This document shows positions 38,626 to 48,293 of a DNA stretch of 64,000 bases, piece after piece; position 1 is the stretch's first letter; every line of letters begins with the position of its first letter. The notes beneath the pieces are model-generated. The model saw nothing but the letters and a program-made list of their open reading frames with translations. It had not been told where the DNA came from and ran no database searches. The position numbers and the translations under genes are program-made. The DNA is from an uncultured Actinomycetes bacterium (GTDB lineage Bacteria > Actinomycetota > Thermoleophilia > UBA2241), in NCBI GenBank assembly GCA_963725665.1, contig CAVRZA010000011.1, positions 448,001 through 512,000 on the forward strand. Direction: 5' to 3'.

Positions 38626-38659
38626 GGCCTTGTCGGCGCACCGGCGCAGGGGTCAGCCC

Positions 38660-39754
38660 GTGAGCCGTCCCCGCCGAGCCGCCTTCAGGCGCGGACTGGT
38701 CTCCCTGCACCCACTGGTGCTGGTCGCGGCGCTGGCCATGCTCGTCCCTGCTCTCGGCGGGCTGCAATACGTCGTGACGGGCGGTCTCTACACCTCTCTG
38801 CCACTCGGTGTGCTCCTGCGCATGCCGCGCGATGACTACGTGAAGGCGTCCTACGATGCCACCATGCTCAAGCTGCACCCGCCCCGGGTCCCCGCGATCT
38901 ACGTCTTCGGCGGCTCCGCCGCACGAGAGGCGTTCACAAGCGATCGGGACCTCGAGGGGGAGATCGCCGCCGCCGGTGGTGGCCAGACGAACTTCAACGT
39001 GCTCGCGTCGAGCAACCAGACCTTCGCTGAGAGCCTCGCCGTGATCGACAATCTGCCGCCGTCGAGACGGGCGATCTGCGTCATCACCCTGAACCAGGTG
39101 CGCTTCGCCTACGATCCCGGCGTGGTCGAGGAGCAGCTGGCGGGCAAGCCCCTGCTGCTCGACAGTCCGAGTCTGCGCCGCTACGTGTTCGCGCGCTACC
39201 ACCGTGGGTTGACGACGCCTACGATCCTGCCGGGGATCCTGGACTTCATCAGCGGCTGGTTCGAGAAGCATCACGGCCAGTTGCTGCGCGGTCACCTGCC
39301 ACGGCTGCAGTACGTCCTTCACCGCTACCATCAGGGACACCAGGTGTCCGATCAGAGAAAGCGCGCCATGGTCGCCAAGTGGCTGCGGGACAAGGGTGGA
39401 CCCGGAGGGACCTTCGATCGGGACTTCCGCTACAACCTCGATCTGCTCGACGAGGCGGTCAAGGCGGCGCAGGCGAAGGGATTCACGGTGGTGTTGCTGG
39501 AGGTGCCGCTGAACCGGGACATCGTGGGCCACGCGTTCGACCGGGTGCAGGGGGTCTACCGTCCGGCCGTCGAGCAGCTCGCTCGTCGGCGCGGCGCCGG
39601 GTACTTGCGGGCGTTCTCAGAGAAGGGTCTGGTGAACCAGGACTTCCGCGACCTGTCCCACCTCGTCGAGTCCGGTCGCGCCAAGTACGATGCGGCCTTC
39701 GTGCGCGCCGTCGTGCCGTTGCTGCAACGCTTGCAGACGCAGCCCGCCGGCTGA
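38660..39754 (+). CDS. DltD/SGNH-like extracytoplasmic acyltransferase
   Basis: N-terminal TM anchor, FGGS nucleophile motif and C-terminal FRDLSHL (DxxH). Confidence 0.7.
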   Translation: MSRPRRAAFRRGLVSLHPLVLVAALAMLVPALGGLQYVVTGGLYTSLPLGVLLRMPRDDYVKASYDATMLKLHPPRVPAIYVFGGSAAREAFTSDRDLEGEIAAAGGGQTNFNVLASSNQTFAESLAVIDNLPPSRRAICVITLNQVRFAYDPGVVEEQLAGKPLLLDSPSLRRYVFARYHRGLTTPTILPGILDFISGWFEKHHGQLLRGHLPRLQYVLHRYHQGHQVSDQRKRAMVAKWLRDKGGPGGTFDRDFRYNLDLLDEAVKAAQAKGFTVVLLEVPLNRDIVGHAFDRVQGVYRPAVEQLARRRGAGYLRAFSEKGLVNQDFRDLSHLVESGRAKYDAAFVRAVVPLLQRLQTQPAG

Positions 39755-39880
39755 CGCGGCGGCTCGCCTCGCGCGCAGTCGCGCAGGGGGCGCCTGCGAG
39801 CCCCCGGGCCGCCGCGGGCCACTCACTCAGCGAGCCGGGCGGTGCTTCCTCCACAGACCGAGGAGGGCGTCGCAGATGCC

Positions 39881-40624
39881 TCAGCCGGTCCCGGGGGTGT
39901 ACGCCGGCGGAGCCAGGAAGGCATCGATGCGGCGCGCCAGCGAGCGTTCGTCGACCTCCAGCGCCTCGCCGTTGGGCACCCTCATCTCATGGAGGGCCTC
40001 GATGCCTCGTCCCTCGAGGAAAGCGCGCACGAGGCGTATCGATCCGCCGTGGGTGACGAGGAGGGCGACGCGGCGCGTCAGCGCCGCGTCGCGCAGCGCC
40101 TCGAGCACGCGGCGCTGTTGCGCGGCGAAGCTCTCACCGCCGGGGAAGGTGAAGGTCTCGGGGTGCTCCTTGTAGGCCCGCCAGCCCTCGGCGTCCTCGC
40201 GCATGATGTCGGCGAAGGCGCGCGACTCCCACGCCCCGCGGTCCGTCTCCGCCAGACGCTCATCGATGCGTAGCTCGATGCGGGGTGCCGGGGACCGCGC
40301 AGGCTTGCCACCGACCCTGGCGGAGTCGGCTGACGGCTGGGCCGCCTCGTCCTGTCGGTCCGCCGCGCGCTCGAGCTCGTCGCGCATGAGCTCGGCCGTC
40401 TCGCGGGCGCGTGAGAGGTGGCTCGTCACGATCAGCTCGATGCCGCGTCCGGCGAGCCGCCGGCCGAGCTCGTGCGCCTGCTCTCGCCCGCGCTCGTTGA
40501 GCGGCACGTCGGTCCAGCCCTGGCAGCGCACCGGCTCCAGGTTCCAGTCGGTCTCACCGTGACGCACAAGGTACACGACCGGCCTATCGGTCCGTGGTGT
40601 CTGTGCTCGAGTCTCCGCGCTCAC
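39881..40624 (-). CDS. Histidine phosphatase family protein
   Basis: RHGETDWN, SHLSRARETA, E.DRGAWE, PGGES and VTHGG motifs. Confidence 0.9.
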   Translation of the reverse strand: MSAETRAQTPRTDRPVVYLVRHGETDWNLEPVRCQGWTDVPLNERGREQAHELGRRLAGRGIELIVTSHLSRARETAELMRDELERAADRQDEAAQPSADSARVGGKPARSPAPRIELRIDERLAETDRGAWESRAFADIMREDAEGWRAYKEHPETFTFPGGESFAAQQRRVLEALRDAALTRRVALLVTHGGSIRLVRAFLEGRGIEALHEMRVPNGEALEVDERSLARRIDAFLAPPAYTPGTG

Positions 40625-40636
40625 GTCGCCCTGTTG

Positions 40637-41590
40637 TCAGGCATCCGGCGCGGGTAGCAGCGCGTGCAGGTTGCGGGCGATGATCGGGGGCGCGTAGTCG
40701 AGGCCACAAGCGGCGAGCTTCGCCCGCGTCTCGGGCGCCAGCGACGACGGCTCCGAAGCGGCCAGGATCGCCCCGCTCTCCGTCTCGTCGAAGAGCTGCG
40801 GCGGCTCGACGCGCAGGGTCACGGGCGCGTTCTCGGGGCAGACCTGCTGGCAACGCAGGCAGCCGACGGCGCAGGTGTGCCAGGCGGCGTCGACCCACTC
40901 GGGAAACGGCTCTTCGCTCTCGTTGACCGCGGTGAGGCAGCGATCGGCGTGAAGGACGAAGCGGTCGCTGGGGACGGCGCCGGTCGGACAGGCGTGCAGG
41001 CACGCCGTGCACCCGCCGCAGCGGCTCAGGCGCTGCGCCTCGAGGAAGACGGCGTCACAGGGGGGCGGCGCGTCGGTCACGCAGGCGGCGAGCTGCACGT
41101 AGCTGCCTAGGCCTTCCACGTAGGCGATGTTGTTGATGCCGTAGCGGGCCAGGCCCGCGGCCACGGCCACCGTCTTGAGCGGGACGCGGGCCTCCGCGGC
41201 GCGGCGGTCGTGATCGGCGAGAGCACCGGCGACGATGGCCGCGAAGCGCCGCGGCATCTCGTAGTAGCCGGCGTAGTGTGGTGGCACTACGAAGGTGTGC
41301 GCCGTCCCGTCCACGATCAGAGTGGCCTGGGTCACCGGGCGGGCGAGCGCTCCGACGACCACCGAGCGGGGCAGCGGCACGTCGCCGGGCAACTCGACGC
41401 GCACCGCCCTGGTGAGGTCGGCGGCGAACGTGGCCGGCAGGTCGGTCGCCTCGATGGCATGGGCGACGCGCGTGCCCGCGGGAATGAGGCGCTCGACGGC
41501 CACGGCTCGCCAGCGCCAGCCGTGGCCGTCGAGCGCCTCAGCGACCGCGTGCCACAGGTCGTCCGTGGGCTGCTGCCCCGCAGACACCAC
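40637..41590 (-). CDS. QueG-like 4Fe-4S double-cluster protein
   Basis: PLKTVAVAAGLARYGINN, CGGCTACLHACPTGA, RC and GCLRCQQVCP motifs. Confidence 0.75.
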   Translation of the reverse strand: MVSAGQQPTDDLWHAVAEALDGHGWRWRAVAVERLIPAGTRVAHAIEATDLPATFAADLTRAVRVELPGDVPLPRSVVVGALARPVTQATLIVDGTAHTFVVPPHYAGYYEMPRRFAAIVAGALADHDRRAAEARVPLKTVAVAAGLARYGINNIAYVEGLGSYVQLAACVTDAPPPCDAVFLEAQRLSRCGGCTACLHACPTGAVPSDRFVLHADRCLTAVNESEEPFPEWVDAAWHTCAVGCLRCQQVCPENAPVTLRVEPPQLFDETESGAILAASEPSSLAPETRAKLAACGLDYAPPIIARNLHALLPAPDA

Positions 41591-41601
41591 GCGGGACCCC
41601 C

Positions 41602-42354
41602 TCAGTGGAAGTCGAGGACGGTGTCGCCGCGGAGGCCGAGGCGCAGCGTCTCGACCGAGATGACCTCTTCGGGCGGGATGTTCCCCAGGTTCACGTTGCT
41701 GCCGAACTTCTTTATGAACCACGTCTGCTGCGGCCTGTTCGGCGCCTCGAAGAGAAGCTGCTCGGGTGGGATCTGGTGCACGATCTCGTCGACCAGGCCG
41801 CTCTTGACCTCACCGTCCGGGGTGTAGACCCCGACGGTGCCCGACTCGCGCCCCTCGGTGATGACCTTCCAGGCGCCGGCGTCGAGCTCGCGCTTGATCA
41901 AGTCGACCCATCTGTAGGGTGCGAGCACGACCTTGGCGTCCTTGCTGCCCACCTCGGAGAGGACCTTGAAGTCGCGCGCGAGCCGGCGGATCATGCCGAG
42001 CTTCTGCTCCTCTTCCATGGCGATGGTGCCGTCCGAGATCTCCACGTGCCCGACGCCGAGCTCGCTCACTGCGCGCACGTAGTCGTCGACGCGGTTCTGC
42101 CGTAGCGCGACCTCGAAGAGGGTGCCGCCGAAGCACACGGGGATGTCGTGCCTTTGATAGAGGAGGATCTTGTCGCGCAGGTTGTGGGTGATGTAGGAGG
42201 TCCCCCAGCCCAGCTTGACGATATCGACGTATGGCGCCGCGACGGCGACCAGGTCCTCGATCTGCGACGGGCCGAGGCCCTTGTCGAGGATGTGGGTGAG
42301 GCCACTCTCGCGCGGCTTTGCCGTGCGGTCCGGCAGCAAGAGAAAATCGAGCAT
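41602..42354 (-). CDS. comA: Phosphosulfolactate synthase
   Basis: KPRESGLTHILDKGL, KLGWGTS, GGTLFE, EISDG, SEVGSK, EGRESG, FEAP, NLGNI and ETLRLGLRGDT motifs. Confidence 0.93.
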   Translation of the reverse strand: MLDFLLLPDRTAKPRESGLTHILDKGLGPSQIEDLVAVAAPYVDIVKLGWGTSYITHNLRDKILLYQRHDIPVCFGGTLFEVALRQNRVDDYVRAVSELGVGHVEISDGTIAMEEEQKLGMIRRLARDFKVLSEVGSKDAKVVLAPYRWVDLIKRELDAGAWKVITEGRESGTVGVYTPDGEVKSGLVDEIVHQIPPEQLLFEAPNRPQQTWFIKKFGSNVNLGNIPPEEVISVETLRLGLRGDTVLDFH

Positions 42355-42565
42355 GGACGTCTCCGAGGCGCGGCTTACCGTCTGTAGGCGCCGGCTATCC
42401 TAGCAGATGAGCCCGCGTGGTCGTCCGGGCGAGCGTCGCGTGAACCCAGGGGTCCCTTCATGCGTCTCCCGCGATGAGTGGGGCGGCGGAGCGCGGGCGC
42501 GGGGATTGGCGAGGCGGCGGGCCGCGGTGCCCGTACGGAACGCCAGAACACGATGGAGGCAGACG

Positions 42566-43012
42566 ATGTCAGGCGGCGAGGAGTCAGAGGATCGCAAGCA
42601 CGCCCGCCGGGGCCGGCGGTGGCTCATCGTCGCAGCGCTCGCGGTGCTGGCGGCGAGCGCCCTCGTGGCGCTCGCCGCCTGGCCGCGAAGCGCTGTCCCC
42701 GGCGACTCCGGCGTGAGCGGGCTCGTCCAGTTGGGCCCGCTCACGCCGGTCGAGCAGGTCGCCGGCCCTCCGAATGAGCGACCCTACGAAGCCGCCGTGC
42801 GCGTCGTGCGGGCCGGCTCGGACGACATCGTGGCCTCGGCCCGCTCCGGCGCGAACGGCCGCTTCAGGGTGAACCTCGCGCCCGGCCGATACACGCTGAT
42901 CGCCACGTCGCGCGGGAACGGCAGGCTGCCTTACGCGGCCCCGGTCGACGTCACGGTCCTTGCGCATAACTTCGCCGACGTGACGATCCACTTCGACACC
43001 GGCATCCGCTGA
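42566..43012 (+). CDS. Membrane-anchored protein with a carboxypeptidase-regulatory-like beta domain
   Basis: TM helix followed by GVSGLV, SGANGRFRVNLAPGRYTL and C-terminal FDTGIR. Confidence 0.65.
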   Translation: MSGGEESEDRKHARRGRRWLIVAALAVLAASALVALAAWPRSAVPGDSGVSGLVQLGPLTPVEQVAGPPNERPYEAAVRVVRAGSDDIVASARSGANGRFRVNLAPGRYTLIATSRGNGRLPYAAPVDVTVLAHNFADVTIHFDTGIR

Positions 43013-43091
43013 TTCTCCGGTCGTCTAGAATGCTGATGCCGCATCGCGGGGCGGCGCAGAGCATGCGAAAGACGACGCGAAGGAGGCTTCC

Positions 43092-44186
43092 ATGTGCGCG
43101 CGCATCGACAGCACACCGAGCGCCGACGGCTATCGCATGCCGGGCGAGTTCGAACCGCATGTGGGCACCTGGATGCTCTGGCCGCAACGCCCCGACAACT
43201 GGCGCCTCGGCGGCAAGCCCGCACAGCGCGCTTTCGTCGTCGTGGCCAGGGCGATCTCACAGTTCGATCGAGTGACCATGGGCGTCAACCACGAGCAGTT
43301 CGAGAACGCGCGCAACCTCCTGCCGCCGCAGGTGCGCGTGGTCGAGATCTCCAACAACGACGCCTGGATGCGCGACATCGGGCCCAGCTTCGTCGTCGAC
43401 GACAGGGGCGGCGTGCGCGCCGTCGACTGGGTCTTCAACGCCTGGGGCGGTCTCTACGACGGCCTCTACTTCCCCTGGGACAAGGACGACCTGGTGCCGC
43501 GCAAGGTCTGCGAGATCGAAAGGATCGACCGCTACCGCGCCCCCTTCGTGCTCGAGGGCGGATCGATCCACGTCGACGGGGAAGGCACCGTCATCACGAC
43601 CGAGGAGTGCTTGCTCTCGCCGGGGCGCAACCCGAGCATGAGCAAGGACGAGATCGAGACGGGTCTGCGCGACTACCTCAGCGTCGAGAAGGTCGTGTGG
43701 CTCGGCCGGGGCTTCGACCCCGAGGAGACGACGGGGCACGTCGACGACGTCGCCTGCTACGTGCGCCCCGGTGTCGTCGCCATCGCCTGGACGGATGACC
43801 CCGAGGACTGGCGCTACGAGATCATGCGCGACAATCTCGAGCGCCTCGAGCTGGCGACCGACGCCCGCGGGCGGCGCCTGGAGATCGCGAAGCTGCCCTG
43901 CCCGACCGACGTCGTCATCACCGAGGACGAGGCGGCGGGGGTCGACGCAGTGGAAGGGACCATTCCGCGCCGGCCGGGCGACCGCATGCCGGCCACCTAC
44001 ATCAACTTCTACATCTGCAACGGCGGCGTCGTGATGCCGGTGTTCGACGATCCTCAGGATGAGACCGCGCAGGCGGCTTTGCAGCGGCTCTTCCCGGAGC
44101 GCACGGTCGTCACGGTGCCCGGGCGCGAGATCGTGCTCGCTGGCGGCAACGTGCACTGCATCACGCAGCAGCAGCCGCGCGCGTAG
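43092..44186 (+). CDS. aguA: Agmatine deiminase (canonical)
   Basis: [40 protein letters not shown] and [10 protein letters not shown] motifs. Confidence 0.92.
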   Translation: MCARIDSTPSADGYRMPGEFEPHVGTWMLWPQRPDNWRLGGKPAQRAFVVVARAISQFDRVTMGVNHEQFENARNLLPPQVRVVEISNNDAWMRDIGPSFVVDDRGGVRAVDWVFNAWGGLYDGLYFPWDKDDLVPRKVCEIERIDRYRAPFVLEGGSIHVDGEGTVITTEECLLSPGRNPSMSKDEIETGLRDYLSVEKVVWLGRGFDPEETTGHVDDVACYVRPGVVAIAWTDDPEDWRYEIMRDNLERLELATDARGRRLEIAKLPCPTDVVITEDEAAGVDAVEGTIPRRPGDRMPATYINFYICNGGVVMPVFDDPQDETAQAALQRLFPERTVVTVPGREIVLAGGNVHCITQQQPRA

Positions 44187-44226
44187 TGGACCTGAGGGAC
44201 TGCGGCGACGATCGCTTTCGTGCGCC

Positions 44227-45027
44227 ATGAGTGAGCCCTCACGGGGTCTTCCCGTCGCCTCGCCGTGGTTCTCGGCCCGGCGTCTGCCCGGAGGCGTCAC
44301 GCCGCTGACCGAGCCCCACGTCCACGAGCTCCTGCGCGCCAACATCTGGCTCGTCGAGGGGCGCGAGCGCGATCTGGTCGTCGACGCCGGCAACGGCGTC
44401 GGCGACCTCCCGGCCGCGCTCGCGCCCCTCCGCTCGCACCCCGACAAGCCTCTGGTCGCGGTGCTCACGCACGCGCATCCCGATCATCAAGGAGACTTCT
44501 GGCGGTTCGAGGAGCGCCTGGCCCATCCTCTCGAGGCCAGCGAGCTCCAGCACCCCTCGATCGTGCGCACGCTGCTCGGCGCGGGCTATCCCCGGGAGGT
44601 GCACGACACCATGGCCGACGAGGGCCTCGCCCTGCCGGAGACCCTTGTCGACGCCGTGCCGTGGGCGGGGTTCGATCCCGCTTCGTTCACCCTCAAGACC
44701 TGCTCACCGACGAGTCTCATCGAGGAAGGCGACATCGTCGACCTGGGCGACAGGCGCTTGCGCGTCCTTCACCTGCCGGGCCACTCACCGGGTGGCGTCG
44801 GCCTCTTCGAGGAGGCGAGCGGTGTGCTGTTCTCGGGAGATGTCCTCTACGATGGGACGCTTCTCGACGATCTGCCCGGGGCGAACGTGCCGGACTACGT
44901 GCGCACGATGCGGCGGCTGCGCGAGCTTGCGGTCGTGACCGTGCATGCCGGCCACGAGGACAGCATCGGCCGGGTGCGGCTGATCGAGATCGCCGACGAC
45001 TACGTCACGAGGCGGGCGGCCGACTGA
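44227..45027 (+). CDS. MBL-fold metallo-hydrolase
   Basis: THAHPDH, PGHSPG, LFSGD and HAGH motifs. Confidence 0.88.
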   Translation: MSEPSRGLPVASPWFSARRLPGGVTPLTEPHVHELLRANIWLVEGRERDLVVDAGNGVGDLPAALAPLRSHPDKPLVAVLTHAHPDHQGDFWRFEERLAHPLEASELQHPSIVRTLLGAGYPREVHDTMADEGLALPETLVDAVPWAGFDPASFTLKTCSPTSLIEEGDIVDLGDRRLRVLHLPGHSPGGVGLFEEASGVLFSGDVLYDGTLLDDLPGANVPDYVRTMRRLRELAVVTVHAGHEDSIGRVRLIEIADDYVTRRAAD

Positions 45028-46081
45028 CTCGACCCACCGCCGGCACCTGCTGGGTGATGCAGTGGATGCCGCCGCCGCCGTAGCCGAGGACGGGGGTCGG
45101 CACACCGACGACCTCGCGATCGGGCGCGTTGCGGCGGAGCTCCTCGAGCGCTTCCAGGTCGGCTCCCGTCCCTCCCGTCGGGACGACCAGCGCCCCGTTG
45201 GCCTGGTAGAAGTTCATGTAGTCGGCGCCGATGCTCCTGCCCGCGACCGCGACCGCTCGCCCGGGCCGATCGAACTCGACGACCGCGAGCGGTCGGCCCC
45301 GCGCGTCGGTCGTCTCCAGCCGACGTCTGTTCTCCTGAAAGTTGTCGTAGTCGGGGTGCTCTCGGTCGTGGACCATCTGCAGTACGACGCGCGCGGGGCC
45401 GACGAAGGCGGCCACGCCGTCGACGTGGCCGTCCGTGTCGGGGTCGTACTCGGGTCCGTATCCCGACTTGAGCCAGACGACCTTCTCCACGCCGAGGAAG
45501 TCCTTGAGGCCCTGCTCGATCTGGTCCTTCGAGAGCTGTGGGTTGCGATTCGGGTTGAGCAGGCAGCTTTCGGTGGTGATGAGAGTCCCCTCCCCGTCGA
45601 CGGTGATCGCGCCGCCCTCGAGCACGAGCGGCGCGGCGTACCGCCGCACCCCGAGATGCTCGCAGAGACGGGAGCCGATCTCGGCGTCCTTCCCGTAGGG
45701 GAGGTACCTCTCGCCCCAGGAGTTGAAGAGGAAGTCGGCCGCGGCGAGCGCGCCCTCGGGGCCGAGGAGGAAGATGGGGCCGCTGTCGCGGGCCCAGGAG
45801 TCGTCGATGGGCAGCTCGACGACCTCGATGTTGTCGGAACCGCAGTAGGCGCGCGCGTCGCCGCCTTCGCCGCTGTCGGCGATCACCAGCACCGGCTCGA
45901 AGGCGGCGATGGCGCGCGCCACAGCGGCGTACGTCGCCTGAGCGAGCATGTAGTAGTCACCCCAGTACGCCCGCGAGCGCGTCGGCCAGCAGATCAGGCA
46001 ACGCTCGTGTGGCTCGAACTCCGCGGGCATCCGGAACCCGTCGCGAGCGGGTGAGCCCATCGTGGCCGCCTTCTCGCGCAT
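45005..46081 (-). CDS. Agmatine deiminase-family protein 2
   Basis: RMPAEF, DSWARD, LEGG, GHVD and GGIHCITQQ motifs. GGGGGAG RBS. Confidence 0.9.
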   Translation of the reverse strand: MREKAATMGSPARDGFRMPAEFEPHERCLICWPTRSRAYWGDYYMLAQATYAAVARAIAAFEPVLVIADSGEGGDARAYCGSDNIEVVELPIDDSWARDSGPIFLLGPEGALAAADFLFNSWGERYLPYGKDAEIGSRLCEHLGVRRYAAPLVLEGGAITVDGEGTLITTESCLLNPNRNPQLSKDQIEQGLKDFLGVEKVVWLKSGYGPEYDPDTDGHVDGVAAFVGPARVVLQMVHDREHPDYDNFQENRRRLETTDARGRPLAVVEFDRPGRAVAVAGRSIGADYMNFYQANGALVVPTGGTGADLEALEELRRNAPDREVVGVPTPVLGYGGGGIHCITQQVPAVGRVSRPPAS

Positions 46082-46276
46082 CGCGTCTCCCCCGTTCATC
46101 GCAACTCCCGCGATCATGTCTACCCACTTGCTTGCGCCGACGCGAGACCTGCGGCACCCGTCGTGCCGTCTCCCGGCGGCACAAGAGCGGGATCGGCAAC
46201 CAGTCTGCGCGTTGCGCCATGCCCTGTACGGCACGGCGCACACCACCTGGGGCGGAGCGCCTGTGCGGCGCCGTCC

Positions 46277-46330
46277 TTGACACCTCCCACCGGCGCGATA
46301 CTATGCGTCTTCAATTAATCAAGCAATTAA
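46277..46330 (+). promoter_or_regulatory. Promoter of the ABC/deiminase operon with a downstream AT-rich palindromic operator
   Basis: TTGACA (46277)-N16-TACTAT (46299), then TTAATcaagcaATTAA (46315-46330), conspicuous in GC-rich DNA. Confidence 0.65.
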
Positions 46331-46484
46331 GCCGCACGCTGCCGGCGGAGACGGGGGGAGTCTCGAGGGTGGGTCGCGCACAGGGGTTTGGAGCGCATCC
46401 CGCTGGAGCCGCCGGGCGTGTTGCACGCGTAGCGCTACCGTGCTGGACACCGACGCATGAGGCAAGGCGAAGAAGGGGGTCACG

Positions 46485-48134
46485 ATGGGGTCACCGTCAC
46501 GCGGAACACACGGAAGAGACGCGCGCCTGAGCCGGCCGCGACGGGTCGGGGCGGCCGTGGCGGTCGCGCTCGTCGCCGTCGTGCTCGGTTCGATCCTGGC
46601 GTCGTGCGGCGGCGGCGGCACGAGCAGCTCCCCGGGCGCCGGCACCGGCAGCGCCATCTTGCGCCTCGCCTCGTGGATGACCCTCACGACGTGGGACCCG
46701 CGCGCCAGCGCGGCCGATGAGCCACTCTATCTCGCGAACGTGTACGAGCCGCTGGTCTACGCCAACCCACCGGGCAGCGCCGAGCCCTTCACGCCCTGCC
46801 TGGCCACCTCCTGGAAGGTCTCGAAGGATGGGCTCACGTGGACGTTCCACCTGCGTCAGGGGGTCACGTTCCACGATGGCACACCTTTTACCTCGGCGGC
46901 CGTGAAGTACTCGCTCGAGGCTACGAAGAAGCTGGGCCTGGGGGCCGCGTACATGTGGTTCCCGATCACGAAGATCGCCACCCCCGACGACTACACGGTG
47001 AAGATCACCACCGAGTACGCGGCTCCGATCGATCGCTGTGCCAGCGCCATGTACGGCGCCTGGATCTTCAGCCCCAAGACGAAGGGCAAGAGTCAGAAGT
47101 GGTGGGATGCGCCCCACGAGGCCGGGACCGGCCCCTACACCCTCGTCTCCTACAAGCCCAACGAGGAGCTTGTCTTCCAGCGCTACACCGACTACTGGGG
47201 CGGCTGGAAACCGGGGCAGTTCCAGCAGGTGGTCGTGAAGCAGGTCGCCGAGTCGGCGACGCAGCGGCAGATGCTCGAGGCGGGCGAGGTCGACTTCGCC
47301 GACGGCCTCTCGCGCGACAGCGTGCCGGCGCTCGAGAACAACCCCGCCGTGAAGATCGTCAAGGAGCACAGCATCCAGAACGAGGTGCTGATGTTCAACA
47401 CGCAGCGCAAGCCCCTCGGCGACGTGAGGGTGCGCCAAGCTCTCTCCTACGCCCTTCCCTATGAGGACATCCTGCAGGCGGCGACCAACGGCTACGGTGA
47501 GGTCTCGCAAGGGCCCATCCCGCGCGACCTCTACCCGCACGACGCGAGCGTGGGCCAGTACACCTACGACCTGGCCAAGGCGAAGCAACTCCTTGCCGAC
47601 GCGGGCTATGCGGACGGCGGCTTCAAGCTCCAGATGACGTACGCCTCAGACGACGCCTACGGCTCGAAGTTCGCGCCCCTCGTGAAGGAGGCGCTGGCCA
47701 AGGTGGGGGTGTCCGTCGATCTGCAGCCGCTGCTCTTCGAGCAGCAGTGGGCCAAGGCGAAGGGGCCGGCCAAAGACCGCCAGGACCTCTTCGAGCTCGT
47801 TTGGTGGACCGGCTTCCCCGACGGCTACGACACGCTCTACTCGCTCTTCCACACCGAGGCCGACCCTTCGCAGCCCGTGTGGAACATGTCCTATTGGTCG
47901 AACAAGGACTACGACACGACGATCGACACCGCGTTCAGCGACGAGCCGACCGACGCCGCCAAGGCGCAGGATCTCTACAACCAGGCGCAGCAGATGCTCT
48001 ACGAGCAGGCGCCGGCGGCCTACCTGTTCGATCCCGACATGGTGTACGGCCTGAACCCGAGCCTGACGTTGCAGGCCAATGCCTTGAACGTCAACTACAC
48101 CTCGGTGTTCTTCTGGTATCAGGTCTCACTGTGA
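46485..48134 (+). CDS. ABC transporter substrate-binding lipoprotein (family 5, Dpp/Opp-like)
   Basis: Lipobox LASC, LATSW, FHLRQGVTFHDGTP, GTGPY and VRQAL motifs. Confidence 0.92.
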   Translation: MGSPSRGTHGRDARLSRPRRVGAAVAVALVAVVLGSILASCGGGGTSSSPGAGTGSAILRLASWMTLTTWDPRASAADEPLYLANVYEPLVYANPPGSAEPFTPCLATSWKVSKDGLTWTFHLRQGVTFHDGTPFTSAAVKYSLEATKKLGLGAAYMWFPITKIATPDDYTVKITTEYAAPIDRCASAMYGAWIFSPKTKGKSQKWWDAPHEAGTGPYTLVSYKPNEELVFQRYTDYWGGWKPGQFQQVVVKQVAESATQRQMLEAGEVDFADGLSRDSVPALENNPAVKIVKEHSIQNEVLMFNTQRKPLGDVRVRQALSYALPYEDILQAATNGYGEVSQGPIPRDLYPHDASVGQYTYDLAKAKQLLADAGYADGGFKLQMTYASDDAYGSKFAPLVKEALAKVGVSVDLQPLLFEQQWAKAKGPAKDRQDLFELVWWTGFPDGYDTLYSLFHTEADPSQPVWNMSYWSNKDYDTTIDTAFSDEPTDAAKAQDLYNQAQQMLYEQAPAAYLFDPDMVYGLNPSLTLQANALNVNYTSVFFWYQVSL

Positions 48135-48178
48135 GGCAGTGAGACCGAGCCGCACAGCGAGGCAGGAGTCGGCGATGA

Positions 48179-48237
48179 CGGGCGGAGGGCGGCGGGTCGC
48201 GGGCCGGAGAGGCCCGCGACCCGCCGCCCTCCGCCCG
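48179..48237. other. Long intercistronic hairpin after the substrate-binding protein gene
   Basis: Perfect 27-bp stem with a ggaga loop. A second 10-bp stem (48122-48146) covers the SBP stop codon. Confidence 0.75.
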
Positions 48238-48293
48238 CTCCCCCGCGGGACGCCGAGCGTCCGGGCCTGGGGGATGCGTGAGGTGACGCAGGG

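Noticed and set aside
41602-42354. Coenzyme M biosynthesis
   Set aside because: Only comA is present; no comB-E or alternative CoM pathway genes are in the window.
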